A stretch of 64,000 nucleotides of DNA from Octopus vulgaris (taxonomy: Eukaryota): contig OX597816.1 of NCBI GenBank assembly GCA_951406725.2, forward strand, positions 123,318,001-123,382,000, in the 5' to 3' direction. The position numbers and the translations under genes are program-made. The notes below the pieces were generated by a model. That model did not search any database and had not been told where the DNA came from. It was given only the letters and a program-made list of their open reading frames with translations. Shown here piece by piece: positions 39,611 to 53,955 of this stretch (its first letter is position 1; the number at the start of each line of letters is the position of its first letter).

Positions 39611-40526
39611 TGAACCAAGTGTTCTGCAGTGCAAAGCTAGAGGACTTTACCTTTTACTCTGCCGAAGACATGTTTATTTTATAGCACTTCTGCTACATGC
39701 AATAACTATGCTCAGACTGATAAAAAAATTCTCTATGGAAAGAAAAGTGTTGGTAATAAGACATTAAATATAAAAATTTGCTTAATGGTCTGATATTCTA
39801 TCATTCAAATCACCTGTAACTCAATAAAATAAGCATTGTCAACTGATACAATGCAGCTTTTGTATTCTCAATGGAATATGTATATTCACAGCATAAAACT
39901 TCTGCATCTACAATAAAATACATGTCAAAATCTAAAGAGTTTAATTTACAATTTCAGCCATACTTATTTCATACCAAAAATCACTAAATACATTCTTTGA
40001 AGTATAAATATCTGCTTTAACTGTCAAGTGCATCTTGTGTAAAAGGAACATTAAAAAGGCTGTTGCTTAGTTTTAAGATAATTTTCTTTGCAACGACTCT
40101 TTTTATTGTTCCTCATTCCTGGTATTTAATACATCAACAAATTACATGGCACTCTGCTCTACCAGGCTTTATGTACTTGTTCAGAAAAGACTAAAAATTC
40201 TCAACATCTATTGAATAAGGCTATGAATGAAAATGCTACAATCTACCATGTTGCTTAACATTTATTTTTCATGATAGTTGATTCTTATTTTTAATTACTT
40301 AATAGTTATTTTTAAGAATTGCGTTTGGCTGGAGTATATTTTTGTGTAAAAGAACACTTCTTTCCTATTAATACTACTTCAGATAAAAGTGTAGCTTCTT
40401 GTAAATTAGATAGACTTAGGAATAGAGCCTTAAGGCATACCATAATGTATCAAAATTTGAATACCTGACTATTGTATCACTCTTATACTTGAAATGGTTC
40501 CTACTAATGGGCTATAGATATATTAA

Positions 40527-40738
40527 CCCTTTAGTACTTATACTGCTTATATCCAACCAAAATATCCTACCTGTTTTATGATCAAACTGACCAGATCCAA
40601 CTGCTCACATCTACGCTATAATGACATTCTAAAAATTTAATATTCAGATCATCAAAGTCTAAAAGCTACAAGATAATGCATGAAACAATGTGGATAAATA
40701 AGTATTACATTTGACAGAGTAATTTGAATGCTAAAGAG
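40527..40738 (+). mobile_element. piggyBac-type MITE
   Basis: TTAA-CCCTTTAG ... CTAAAGAG-TTAA. Confidence 0.8.
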
Positions 40739-41277
40739 TTAAATAATCATTCCGACTTTACTGTCCTTGAGCCTAACTTTTTTTATAAATATTTTGACTT
40801 TATGTTATTACCCATAACAATCTAAATCATTGTTCCTTCCATCTGTACCATCTTGTCTTTATTTTAGGTATTGTGTATTCAGGACTGCATTATCCAAATT
40901 GTCCTACTTTTTTTATTTTATTTTTGTAATGGTAGAGTGCGATTCAAGTGAGATTTTTCTGTTGTTGTTAGCTGGTTGAACCGCAATGAAAAAATTTTTA
41001 AGTAACAGATTTTTTAGGGTTTTTTTTTATATGTAGTATAATTATAGCTCACAAATGATACAAGAGTAGAGTAAATTATCATTTTTGTTGTACTCCTGTT
41101 GTTGATATGAGTGAGATGTGTCTCTTCAGCATAGCTACACTTGATAGATTGAGGTAAAGCACAAGTGGTGGTATATGAAACCTTGATATTAGTTTCAAAT
41201 TTTATCTCTGGGCCAGCAGGTTTGAGGGAGGGACTAAGTCGATTACATCAATCTGTGTTCAACTGATACTTATTTAA

Positions 41278-41498
41278 GCCTTTAGCATTCAGATTATTCT
41301 GTTAAATATAATACTTATTTATGCATATTGTTTTGAATTAATCATGCATTATCTCATACCTTCGGGGTTTCGATGATATGATTGTTTTTATTCTCTAAAG
41401 ACATTGTAGAGTAGGTGTGAGACGTTGGATCTGGCCAGTTTGAACCTAAAATATGTAGAATATTTGGGCCAAATATAGCTGGTTTAAATGCTAAAGGG
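41278..41498 (-). mobile_element. piggyBac-type MITE (same family, opposite orientation) nested in a family A SINE
   Basis: TTAA-GCCTTTAG ... CTAAAGGG-TTAA. It splits a minus-strand SINE spanning about 41190-41630. Confidence 0.82.
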
Positions 41499-42387
41499 TT
41501 AAATGAACCTGAAAGGATGAAAGGCAAAGTCAACCTCAGTAGAATTAGAACTCAGAACATAAAGACAGATGAACTGCCACTAAGCATTTTGTCCAATGTG
41601 CTAATGATTCTGCCAGCTCCCCCACCTCTATGAATCCTTGACATTAAACTGCATAGACATACACTGAAGTAACTAACTAGCTGCAGTTCTCATTTAACCA
41701 AATCTGTTATCACAAAAAAAGCAGATGAGTATATGCAATGCCATATTACCTTAAGAAATGCTTCTACTTATTTCTTTGCTTATTTTTATTTACTCATAAA
41801 CAAACTCTGAATTGATAAGGAGATGAAATTTCTTTTATATCTGAAAAAACAAAACAATGAAGAGAAAAATATTTCACCATAACAATTTGCATGTGTTTTG
41901 AAATGATTACATAATTTTAAATGATTACTTTCTTTTTAGACAAATTTAATTTATTTAGAATGTAATAATGGCTATGATGGGAAGTGGGAATAATTGTGCA
42001 AAACAACAAAGTAAATTATACATGTAAACATGCTTTAGAAATTTTCATTGAGAACTTGCAATTGTAATAAAGATAGAGCAACTTTCAACAAGTATTCAAT
42101 TAAAATAATTGAAAAACAAATTTCATAGAGTTATTTTCTTTTTGATTCAAAAATATCCCTAAAAAAATAATAAAATGTTTTTCAGAAAATACATTGTTCT
42201 TTTATAGTGCTTTGAAAATTAAAAAGCAAATAAATAAATAAATGAATGTATAAATAAATTTTTAAAATGTGAGAGTTTTATTTTGGGATCTTAGGAAATT
42301 GATTTCTCTAACAAAAAAGTTTTAAATTGATAGATTTCTTAAATTTTGATGCTTGACAGAAAATTTCTATTTTCTCCACTTTTCCAG

Positions 42388-42471
42388 GGAGACATGATCT
42401 ACGTAAAAGACTTGAAAATTAAACATTCTGATATGAAAAGTCGGCCTAAATTAATGAGCCATCTAAAATTG
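42388..42471 (+). CDS. Internal exon (84 nt, phase 0/0) of the receptor guanylyl cyclase kinase-homology domain: GDMIYVKDLKIKHSDMKSRPKLMSHLKL
   Basis: Long polypyrimidine tract ending ttttccAG and donor GTAAGG. GDMIYVK corresponds to kinase subdomain II. In frame with both flanking exons. Confidence 0.88.
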
Positions 42472-42760
42472 GTAAGGAACTATTAAAAGCATCATTTATT
42501 TTGATATGCGAATGTTTGTTTTATGGCATGTGAAGGCAGGGGATCCCTGTTAATACATGGGATGAATTAATGTATATATTTTAATCATCACCCTCGTCAT
42601 CATTGTCATCATTAAACTTCCCATTTTCCAAGCTGGCATGGATTGGATGGTTTGACAAGTTCAGATGACCCAGAGGGATGCACCAGATTCTATGTGTACT
42701 TTGGCATGGCTTCTAGAGCTGAATGACACCCGCTTAACAGAAAGTACAAGGTGCTTTTTA

Positions 42761-43892
42761 CGAGGGTGGGCTTAAGAGTTCATAACTGACTATGAAGGAG
42801 TGATGCTAGAGCTGTGAAGTCTTGTATGCATTAGTTTTAGCCCTTATTAATAACTACATTGTTTTTTTCCAGGTAGACTGACATCTGGCAGTTCAAACAA
42901 GGCTCTAAATGTAACTAGTAGTGATTTCTCTTGAAAATAGACAACATTTAGCATCATGGCTTTATCAAATGCCTGTAGAAAATGGATTTAGACCCAAACA
43001 ACATTCATGGTTGCTACAGTAGGAGATGACAATCCAGCTTTATCAGTGATGCAAAAGGAGACAGCTGAATTAAGAAGGGGAAGGGAGAGTCTTGAAGATG
43101 ACCCAAGGTCTAGACATTCTAAAGTTGCTGCCATTGAGGAACATATTGATCATGCTTCCAATATGGTGATGGATAACAGGCAATGAATTATAATTCAAAT
43201 AGCCAATGCTATTAGCATATCCCATGAGAAAGTTGAGAATATTCTGCTCATTGAACTTGGCATGACGAAGGTTTCTGCTCAGTGACTGCTATATCTTGTG
43301 ATACCAAATCAAAAGTGCACCAGCCTGATTACATCATGGGGAAATCTGACAGTGCTTGGGACAGATTAGCTGGTTTCTTTGAATGTTTCTGAACCCAGAA
43401 TGAGTATTCAGTTCATCACTTTTAATCAGAGGACAAAGGCAATACATGCAGTGGAAACATGCCTCCTCATCTGCTCCAAAGAAGGCCAAGGTTGTTTCAT
43501 CAGCAGGGATTGGGATGACCTCAGGAAAACTGACAAAAAGGGTCTTGTTTCATCATGAAAATACTTCAGTACACAAGTCCTTGCTTTCAGTGGTTGCTGT
43601 ACATGACTGTACCTTTGAACTGGCCGACCACCCTCCCTATTCTCCTGATCTGACCATCATTTGTTTCTCAACATGAAGAAACCTTTGGCTGGAAACCAGT
43701 ATTGCCGTGATTATGTCATATCTGCTGTTAATGACATTTTTATCAACAGGATGAAAGCTTCTTCACCAATGGGATCCAAGCATTGCAGCACTGATGGAAA
43801 AAGTGTGTGAGCTATTTTGAAAAATAAACCTCAGTTGGTCAGATTTCACGAGAGTATCTTGGCCAGCTTATGAACTTATTTTCCAGCCCACT
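42761..43892 (+). mobile_element. Decayed mariner transposon inserted in an RTE tail
   Basis: TA TSD, TIR cgagggtgggcttaagagttcata, motifs SLEDDPRS and DHPPYSPDL. Flanks rejoin as gtgctttttatgtggcac. Confidence 0.88.
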
Positions 43893-44163
43893 TATGTGGC
43901 ACTAGCACTGGTGAGGTTCTCAAGCACCTGCAAAGTAAGACTCCTCAACTGAACAGTGTTTAGAATAGAGGGATTTTTAAAAATATCTAAAGATATTTAA
44001 TATATTTAGATATTTTTTCTTCTGTATAGAATTGTATGTGTGTTTGGGTGCATGTTTTTGATCTTTGTATAAGTATGTGTGTGTGTGTGTGTTAAAATAG
44101 ACATCATCAAACAGATTCTTTTCTTGTATGAGATACACACACACACTCATGTATATGTATTTA

Positions 44164-44490
44164 CGAGCAAAACGCCCCCCCCCCCCGTCCAATGGACAGT
44201 GCTGAGTTGTCAAACATTTAAACTAAATTTTCTCAAAACAACTTGTCTGATTGTCCCATTTTGTGGCATTATTTCAAGCCAGCCAGCTATTTTGCGCAAA
44301 CACCACATGCATTTTTCTCACATATGTGTAGTATCGATCGCGACAGCTGATGTACTTGCATGTACAAATGCACGTCCCTACGGCTTTATCAGTCACATTC
44401 TCACCTGGACTTATATCAAATTTGAGCGCAATCAGATGGAGGATGCCCAAGATCCTAGAAGATACACACAGAGACAGACAGAATGGATTT

Positions 44491-44501
<11 letters not shown>
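44164..44501 (-). mobile_element. Non-autonomous Helitron-like element (same family as 4325-4858), internally deleted
   Basis: Colinear homology and the same GCTCG|T end. Confidence 0.65.
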
Positions 44502-44523
<22 letters not shown>

Positions 44524-44659
44524 GGTACATACATACATGCATGTATGTATGTATCTGTAGCTGTAGGCAAACTGCATAATGGGATGGCAACTAGAAGAGA
44601 CCTAATAATTGGATGGTAGCAAAAGAAGCTGACATTTTACTGAAAACCATTAATATATA

Positions 44660-45682
44660 TTGGGTCATCCCATAAATAATGCAGTTTTTTTCAATTGCAT
44701 GAATTAAAAGTTGATGGTGGACGGGATAAACTACCTGCATCAACTTGTTATAAAAACAGGTAGTAATTTGACCTTGTCCTTATTCTTTGTATAAGATTTA
44801 AAGATTCTAATAGTTATTTTTTCAAAGCTATAATGGAAGTGACAAAGGAGCATATTTGGCATATTTTGCTTTATTAATTCAATGCAATGGAAAGTGCAAG
44901 GAATATTAATGCAATATATGGGGATTGGACAATAAGCATAAGCCAGTGTCAACAGTGGTTCCAGAAATTCCAAGCCAGAAATTAAAGCCTAGAAGATGAG
45001 TCTCATCCTGGAAGATCTGTAGAGCTCAACGAGGACGTCCTACAAACCCAAGTGGAACAAAATCCCATTGTAACTGTTGAGGAACTAACAGAAAATCTTG
45101 GATTTGGTCATTCAACCATTCATCAACACCTTTCCGAGTCTAATCATGTGCAGAGAGTGAATGTGTGCTCTTATTTGCTGTCACGTCTCACAAATGAACC
45201 TTTTTTCGACTTTAAAACCTAAACCAAATGATAACAAAGGAGATCTACTGTGAGCAGCTTGAGTGCTAGAAGAAAAATGACCATCTTTGGTTTCAAGATG
45301 TAAGGTGTTCTTCCATCAAGATAATGCTCGGCCACATACAGAGAGGATGACATTTCAAAGGCTGGAACAATTTTCAAAGGGAAATGATGCCCCACCCACC
45401 ATATTCGCCAGACATTGCTCCATCTGATTATCATTTATTCCACAATCTTCAAAATCATTTGGATAGAGAAAATATGAACTCTGTAGACAAGGTCAGAACA
45501 GTACTGGAGGAGAATTTTTCATCATGGACAAGTGAAGTTTGAAAGAGGGGCCTTGCCATATAGATGGAGAAACATTGTAGAAAAAGAAGAAGAGTAAATT
45601 TTAGATTAAAAAAACTTTGTTTATCTTAATTTTTAAAAATAAAAGAAGTATATAAAAATGCATTATCTATGGGATGACCCAA
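44660..45682 (+). mobile_element. Decayed mariner transposon (second family)
   Basis: TA TSD, TIR TTGGGTCATCCCATAAATAATGC, motifs HQDNARPH and HPPYSPDIAPSDYHLF. Confidence 0.92.
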
Positions 45683-45699
45683 TATATTCGAAAGCACTG

Positions 45700-47795
45700 T
45701 GGTAGGTCAAATTGACATACCAAATTGTCTTGATATAACACAGACAAATCTTGTAGCCTAGAGGGGAATCACTGAGTTGGAAGAAAACTATCAGCCTGTT
45801 GCTTACCTAAACGCTATGTACAAACTGTACACAAACTGCCTCGACTAATTTATCCAAGATCATCCCTAGTCTTACAACACAGCTACTGATGAGCAGGCAG
45901 GAGGAAAGAAGAGAGAGTGGGGGTGCAACTTTTGATAAACAAAGCTATATTGTCTGAAGTGAAAAACACTGTAGAAGCCTTGTAACAGCATAGCTTGATT
46001 TACAAAGGCATTCAACTCTATTTCCCCCTCATGAATGCTGAAGTGCCAACATTTGGCCTGCTACCTTAATTGAAGCCAGTGAAAAATTTACAATGACCTG
46101 GGCGAAAATTTGTACACTTTAGAACTGAGGACAGAACAAGTGTCTCCAATCTTATAAATATTTTGAAAGGAATGTTCCAAGGAGATAGTCTCTCTTTGTA
46201 ATTCTGTTCATTTTATATGTAACCCATAATTTCTTTGTAGATGACTACATGATTTATGCAGAAAATATTAACAAAACCAAAAATCAGCTGGAATTAATAA
46301 CAACATTTTCAACTGAGACATAAATGGAATTTGATCAAAAGAAATGTTCATATTTGATTGTTGAATGGTAAAAATCAGTCCCCAGACTCAAAACCTGTGC
46401 ATCAATGGTCTCATTATCTCTCTTGTTCCACACAAAGAATGCTACATGCATGTCAGCATTGATGAAGATGTATCATCGGAAGGTACTGTGAATAAAGATA
46501 GAGTGACCCAAGAATATTATGCCAAAGTTAGAAAAATATGGCAGTTGGATCTCTAAAGACAATATCCCACAATGCATTTGCAGTACCAGTACTGATTCTA
46601 ACATTTGGGATACTCGGCTGGTTTGTGGAAAAACCACTTCTTAGACGTTAAGCCTGCAAAGTACTGACATCAATTGGAAATCTCCACAAAAATAGCAATA
46701 TCAATAGGCTCTACCTAAGAAGAAATTAAGGAGGTAGAGGCTTGAGATCAGAGCAGAGAGCCTTCGAATTTTATATTGCCTCTCACAGACGACACTCAGT
46801 CAACACTTGCTAAACAACAGCAGTAAAAATAAATACATTAACTTAGTGCTGAAAAGTGAAGAAAACAATATTGTATATGCTGGAAGTGAGCTCCTCAGGA
46901 AGGACCCTCTTCATTATGACCACCCATACAACCCCAAAACAGCTGGACTAACATACCTCATAAAAGACCTGAAAGTGAAATGCTGAGCATACCAAAACTA
47001 GACTATGCTTGAGTATGTTACCTGAAGACTTGAAGAAGACAGTAATATTGATATGAAGCAAAACCTCTCTTGGACTTGTGGCTGTTACATCACATCACAC
47101 TTCAAAACAATGTATTTTCAATCTAAGAACAGATTGCCACTAGATACCAATAAAAAATATGATAGTGAAGCCCTTGAGTGCCAAAGGCATCTGAAAATAT
47201 AGATTATGTCATACTTCTGTGGAAGACATTATACATGTGATTAGTATACTGCTCAAAAATGTTATCAAGATATCATCTCCTTATGTGACATAAAACTGTT
47301 GCAAACACAATATACAATGCCATTAAAAAAAATGTCCTAGAATAAATATAGAGAATCCCTCTGTTATTGAATATATACACAAACATCAATACACACAGAA
47401 TACTGCTAGAACATTTCATATCAAAACATCTGTCAAATGTAAGCATGAGAGAATGGATATTGTTGTATGGGACAGATAAGAAAAGAGTATAAAAAGTATG
47501 TACTGTCATAGAGGTCAGCTATCCTGCTGATGTGAATATCTATTTGAAAATCAAAGAGAAAGAAGATAATTATGAACAACTGCTTTGAAACCTCTTGCTG
47601 TATCCAGATTATAAATTCACATTCATACCAATAATAATTGGTGCATTTGGTTTTGAGAATAAATGTCTAACAGACAATCTGGATAAGTTAGGGTTTTCAG
47701 AAAAAGAAATCAACCAACTAACTCAAATATTACAAATACAATCTATAAGTGGAATAGTAAAAATCTGCAAGACCTTTCTCATGTTTAAAATGAGA
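45700..47795 (+). mobile_element. Decayed R4-like non-LTR retrotransposon, RT through RLE
   Basis: Remnants of NYxP...MYKL, EQAGGKK, GMFQGDSLS, FVDD, HNAFAVPV, GGRGL and FIPIIIGAFG with many stops. Confidence 0.85.
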
Positions 47796-48989
47796 TATTG
47801 TTTTTGTAATATACATTCAAAGATGGAATTTCAAAATTTTTGTTAGATATCAGCTCCTTCCTTAGAGGAAGAATTTAATTAATTAAAAATACAAATATAT
47901 AATTTTGGAGACCATCAATAAGAGTGTCTTACATATACCTAAGCTATTTTATTGATAAACATAGATATGGAAGATAAAAGCCATAGCAAGATTTCTATAA
48001 TACATTGTTCTAGAGTTTTGTCTCCAAAATATTAGATAAAACATTTATATTTCCTGGACGCATGGTCTAGTGGTTCGGGTATTGAACTTACAATTGTGAG
48101 ATCATAGTTTCAATTCCTAGACTGGGTGTTGTATTATATTCTTAAACAAAACACGTCATCCCACATTAGTCTGTGATCACTTCAACACCTGACACATGGC
48201 AGGCTGTGCACATGCTCAGACAAAAGTTCAAATTAGTATGGAAAAATTAATAAAGTTACAAGCAAATATTGTGGACACTCTTCTTGAACCTGAATAATTC
48301 CAAATAATGTGAACAAATAAGCATTACATTTTGATAGATTAATCTGAACACTAAAGGGTTAATAGAAAATGATCTAATGTTCAACACATACATTTGATCA
48401 TTATAAACAGATAATTTGTGTTTGGCAAAAAAGCTGAATACAAATATGTTGTCTTCAATGGGAGAGTCCATCATTTGCTGGAAAGCTAATCTCAACATAA
48501 TTTCTGCAGAATATTTATAAACTCTCAACAAGGCACATCTGCAACACTAGTATATCTAGTTGGGAAATTTTGCATCACTTCTGCATACCAACAATATCTG
48601 GTTGTAAAGTATTGCCTGGAAAGGCTTAGATTTTCTTAGACAGAATTGCTCTTCAGACACGATGTAAAGACATAGCCTTCAGCAATGATTCAATGACATT
48701 AAGTGGTGGAAAATTTCATTTCAAGTGACATCTAAAACATAATTTTTGTTTCTTTGTCTTATAGAGCCATACTAATTGTATGGCTTTATGTTAATTAGTG
48801 TTTACTGAGGCAAATTTTAAACTTTTAAACATATTTTCTTCATGGATAGTGATATATCATCATCACCACCCACATCATCATCATCAACCTCCTCTTCTTC
48901 CTCCTCCCATCCTTCTCTTCTTTCAACCCCTCCTTCTCTTCCTGTTACCTTGGAAGGGTGCTCTCCATCAAATGCAATTCTGAGCTAAA

Positions 48990-49620
48990 TGTAGAACGAT
49001 GAACTGAATCAGTTTACAGAACTATTGGTAAACTAACAAAACTTATGTTCAAAAACAGAGACATAACTTTGAAGACAAAGATTATGGTCTACCAAGCTGT
49101 TGTTATATCTATGCTCCTATATGATTGTGAAACTTGAACGTTGTATCATTGCAACATCAAAACACTTGTACATTTTCATTAACTGAAACTTCAACATCAA
49201 GTGGTTTGACTATGTCTCAAATACCTCTGTGACGGAAAGAGCAAATATCCACAGACTTGAATCCCTGCTCATCAAATATCACCTTCAATGGGCTGGTTGA
49301 TGGGCTGGCAATCAGGAAAAGACAAAGAGGAGCCATTTTTTGACACTGCAAGGATTAGCTAAAGTCAAATCTGAAGCAGACAAGCTTCGACCCCCTTGCT
49401 TTTGAGATGTTCATAACCAACGTTCTCGACTACCAACAAAACATAAACGATAATGTAACATTGCTTGAAAGTGAAATAATAAAAAAAAGAAGGGACGACA
49501 ATGAGAAGCCAGACAGCAGTGACCACAACCAACTCTGACATACACATGTAGCCAATGCAATCATGTATTCTACACAAAGTTTGACTCCATTAACCACATA
49601 TATAACCAGCATTAACAGTA
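48990..49620 (+). mobile_element. Decayed RTE/BovB-like LINE 3' fragment
   Basis: FKNRDITLKTKIMVYQAVVISMLLYDCET* and LQWAG. Confidence 0.75.
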
Positions 49621-49759
49621 CAAATATTAGAGAAATAAAACCTCAGATTCAAGGGATGAGCCAATGACAATATATATATATGAACACACACACACACACA
49701 CATACACATACACACACATAAATATACATATGTGTATGTGTGTATTTATAGGCATGAAT

Positions 49760-50075
49760 GCACGTGGCTTAGTGGTTAGGGCATCTGGCTCAAGATCATA
49801 AGGTCATGAGTTCAAGTCCCAGCAACACATTGAGTCCTTGAGCAAGACACTTTATTTCACGTTGCTCCAGTTCACTCAGCTGACAAAAATGAGTAGTACC
49901 TGTATTTCAAAAGGCTAACCTTGTCACACTGTGTCATGCTGAATCTCTCTGAAAACTATGTTAAGGGTACATGTGTCTGTGCGGTGCTCAGCCATTTGCA
50001 TGTTAATTTCATGAGCAAGCTGTTTTGTTGATCGTATCAGCTGGAACCTTTGTCATCGTAACTAACGGAGTGTCT
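49760..50075 (+). mobile_element. Family B SINE
   Basis: Full-length homolog of 2905-3220. Partial or related copies at about 48057 and 50547. Confidence 0.85.
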
Positions 50076-50445
50076 CTTCTTCATTTATAGGCCCCAATAA
50101 ATCTCCAACACCATCTATTTCTCTCTCTCTCTCTGTCTTTCTCTTTAACCCTCTCCCACCTTTCCCTCCCTCCTTGTCCCACTAAGGTAGTCAAATATTT
50201 CCTCCATAATAAGAGAACTATTTCTTTCATTCAATTATATTCTAACCTCTTGCCTACCACACAGCCACTTCCTTTGGGTCTACCTCCTCTCTCAACTGAG
50301 ATGTCTCTGTCTTGCAAGCTACTTGGCAACCCCACTGGTGCTGGTGTTATGTAAAAAACACCTGTGCTGGTATCACACAAAAGTACCCACATATGGCATT
50401 TAAATTTAAATACAAAGTAAATAAATAAGTAAACACCACAATATG

Positions 50446-50490
<45 letters not shown>

Positions 50491-51219
50491 ACACACATAC
50501 ATATATATATTCTCATATATTCTTAATCTAAGATGAAGGTTGTGCAGGCACGTGGCTTAGTGGTTAGAGTGTTGGACTCATGATTGTAAGATTGTGGTTT
50601 TGTTTCCTGGACAAGGCAACATATGTTCTAAAGGAAAACACTTCATTTGTTATTGCTCCAGTCCATTAAGTTGGCAAAACTGAGTAATCTGGCAATTGAC
50701 CAGTGTTTGTAAAGTATTGGCAGAATATCTGTTACTATCATTGGAAAGTCTTCTTATTAGAAAGCTGAACCTTTTCAGTTTCTTCCTTCTTAATGCATTA
50801 TGTATGTATATCAATAATAGAAAGTATATGCTTATCATTAATACATTATGTAGGTATGTTATGTAAATAATTTTACAAACATATGCATATATATACACAT
50901 GCATGCATATGCGCATGCATGTTTACATATGTACATATATACATACAAATATGCATATTGTGTAGCTATATTTTTCAAACCTTATCATCTACTTTACATT
51001 AGCAAAGTGCCAATTATATCAAAGCAAAAGTCAAGCTTTTCATCTATGTTTTCATTTTTTCCTTCAGACTCGTATATGTTATTAGAAATCCATCTACTCT
51101 AATCCTTTGTTTTTGAATCAATTGCCCATTGCAATATTACTTATTTATTATTTTTTTATACTATTATCTTTCTGTAATCATTGATATTATTATACTATTT
51201 GAATGTCAGTGCCTGAGTA

Positions 51220-52434
51220 TGAGGCTGGGCAAGGTACTCAAATGGAACGTGACTAACAGAGGTTTATTTTTCAACATAGTCCCCCTTGTGATCCACACAG
51301 TTCTTCCATCAAAGTTGTGATGCTTGGATCTCATTGGTGAAGATGCTTTCCTTCTGTTGATTAAAAAATGTTATCAACAGTAGATATGACATCATCATCA
51401 TTGTGATACAAGTTCCTTGCCAAGTGTTTTACCATGTTGGAGAACAAATGATAGATGAAGCCAAATCAAGAAAATAGGAAGGGTGATCAACCAGTTCAAA
51501 GAGACAGTCATGCATAGCAGCCATTGAAAGTAAGATTTTGCATGTTGGAGCATTCTTCTGATGAAACAAGACCCTTTTCGTCAGTTTTCATGGGTATTTG
51601 TTCTTTGCAGTAATTTGTAACTGCTTCTGCAAGTTAGTATAGAACTCTCAAGTGATGGCGTGGCCCTTTTCAAGATAATCAGTGAACACAATGCCTTTTG
51701 CATCCCTCAAAAGTGAAGCCATCACATTCCCTGCAGGTGAGGATGGATATTTCCATTGCATAGATTATCTCTTTGTCTTTGGCTCAAACTGATGAAGCCA
51801 ACACATATCTTGGAATAGGCAACGTTCAATGAAACTAGCTGGATCTTTTTCAAACAATGTCAAATTTTCTCATGATGTGATCAACTTGGAGCATTTTTGA
51901 TCAGGTATAGCACCCACTGAGCAGAAACCTTCATCATGCCAAGTTCATTGTGCAGAACATTCTCAACTCTCGTAATATGCTAATTAACATTGGATACTTG
52001 ATTTATAGTCAATAGCCTGTCATGAATTGTCATGTGTTGAACACAATCTGTGCTTTCCTTGGTGGTGGCAGTTGCAGGATGTCCAAATTTTGGGCCATTG
52101 TCAAGACTCTCCCTCACCTACTAAATTCAGCTGTCCACTTTTGCACTGTTGATTAATTTAAACTGTCATCCCCAAATGTAGCAAACATGTCAGCATGTAT
52201 GTCCTTTGGGGCTAAATCCTTTTTCTGCTAGTACTTGATAAAACCATGATGCCAAATTTTGTCCATTTTCAAGAGAAGTTCCTACTAGTTATTTTTGAAG
52301 TCTTCGTTTGAACAATTAGATGTCGGTTTACCTGGAAAGAAACAATGAAGGAGTTGAAATTAATACATGTAAGACTGCACAGCTCTAGCATCACTCTTTC
52401 ATAGTCAGCCTATGAACTATTCACTGAATCCATG
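51220..52434 (-). mobile_element. Decayed mariner, same family as 42761-43892
   Basis: Reverse-complement homology of the 5' end (ctctagcatcactc...tcatagtcag) and the transposase body. TA flanks. Confidence 0.8.
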
Positions 52435-53955
52435 TAATGAGCAACAGCAACAAGGAGACATTATGGATATCTGAAATTGTAACAAGAAATTAAAGTTCTT
52501 TTACCAGTCAAATAAGGAGTTCAAGTACCTAGGTATAAAATTCATTTTAAAGTCTCTTAATTGAATAGATTAATATAAAAAAAAAAAATGACAAAGAGTA
52601 TTGAATTATATTTTCTTGAAAGTATTTAAATGCTGCTGGCTCCCCTCCAAAAAAACTGTTGTCATTATGGGAATTAAGTGTAGGATACTTCAGTTAAATC
52701 AAACATTGATATATAATTTTCTGATTCCACAAGTCTGCATTAAATTATCTCTAAAGAATTATATATATTCATCAGAAAGGAAATGTGAAAATAAATACAA
52801 TATAAAGTAGCAAAACTTCCATTGTGATAGATTAGAGTGCTATCTAACTTCAAGTATCATAGAAATACCAAGAAAAATGTTCTAAAAAAAGACAAGACAA
52901 ATCATTCTGAAGAGTTATGAATTACTATCTTGGATTGGAAGCCTATTGTTGTCACTTAAATTAGGATATTTTTATCACAATAATGCCAGTTTAGTGATTA
53001 TTTTGAATTTGTAAAATATGACTTTATCAAATGTTTACTGAATGATATTGTAAACTATTTACATAAAAGACTGATATTGCAAAGTTTTTGACAAAACTTT
53101 TGTTGCATTATGATTCTTATTTTGTTTAATTTTCATTTCTAAATTGTTAAAAATACTGCAGAAATGAGCTCCATGTGCAAAAAAATGTATTTTTATAAAT
53201 AGAATGAGAATCTTGCAGTTTTATTGCCAAAAGACAGACTAAAAGATTTTATAGTTTACTAAATTGCATACATATTGTCAGTTTGCTATGCAACGTTTGG
53301 TTTACTCCTCCTCATAGTAAGAAAATTCTGTCTTATAAATGCTGGAGGTAAAATAGTTCAAACTCACTTGGAGGCAAAATTTGTAATGTTCTGAACTTGT
53401 CAATAGTATCTATTAATTACAATTCCTGTGCTTCTGAGTTAATCAAACAACTGAAATTAATTTTTCAATGTTGAATACTTGGATAACAAATTACAGTACC
53501 CCCCCCCCACTCACTATGTACTGCAGAGAATTTGATATTAAGAAAAGCATTCTATGGTAAAAACAAAACGGCTTTTCTGAGCATTCAGTTCAATCCCTAT
53601 AGGCCTGTAAATTATGGATTCATTTCTTTAAATTGTGATAAAGTGCATATATGTCTGAAAAGCTGTTGCTTGAGAACAATATATTTGGGTTTATTGGAAT
53701 ACAAAACTGATGCAACAAATATATTTGGCTGCAAAATCATTGAACATATTAAAAAAAGTAACGTGCATTTATGCTATGAATACTGTTAAACTTCAAGAAT
53801 CCAAGGTTTTTGTTTCCATGAATATTGATCATTGGAAATGAAAACAACTGGGTAAAAACTCATTTTGCTAACAACTTATTGTTTACATTATATTATTTAT
53901 CATTGTTAAATTAAAAGTTGATTGAATTCCTTTTAAACTTTCTCTTCTTTTGAAG

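Noticed and set aside
49760-49830. tRNA-like sequences with A and B boxes
   Set aside because: They continue into SINE bodies and do not form a convincing cloverleaf.
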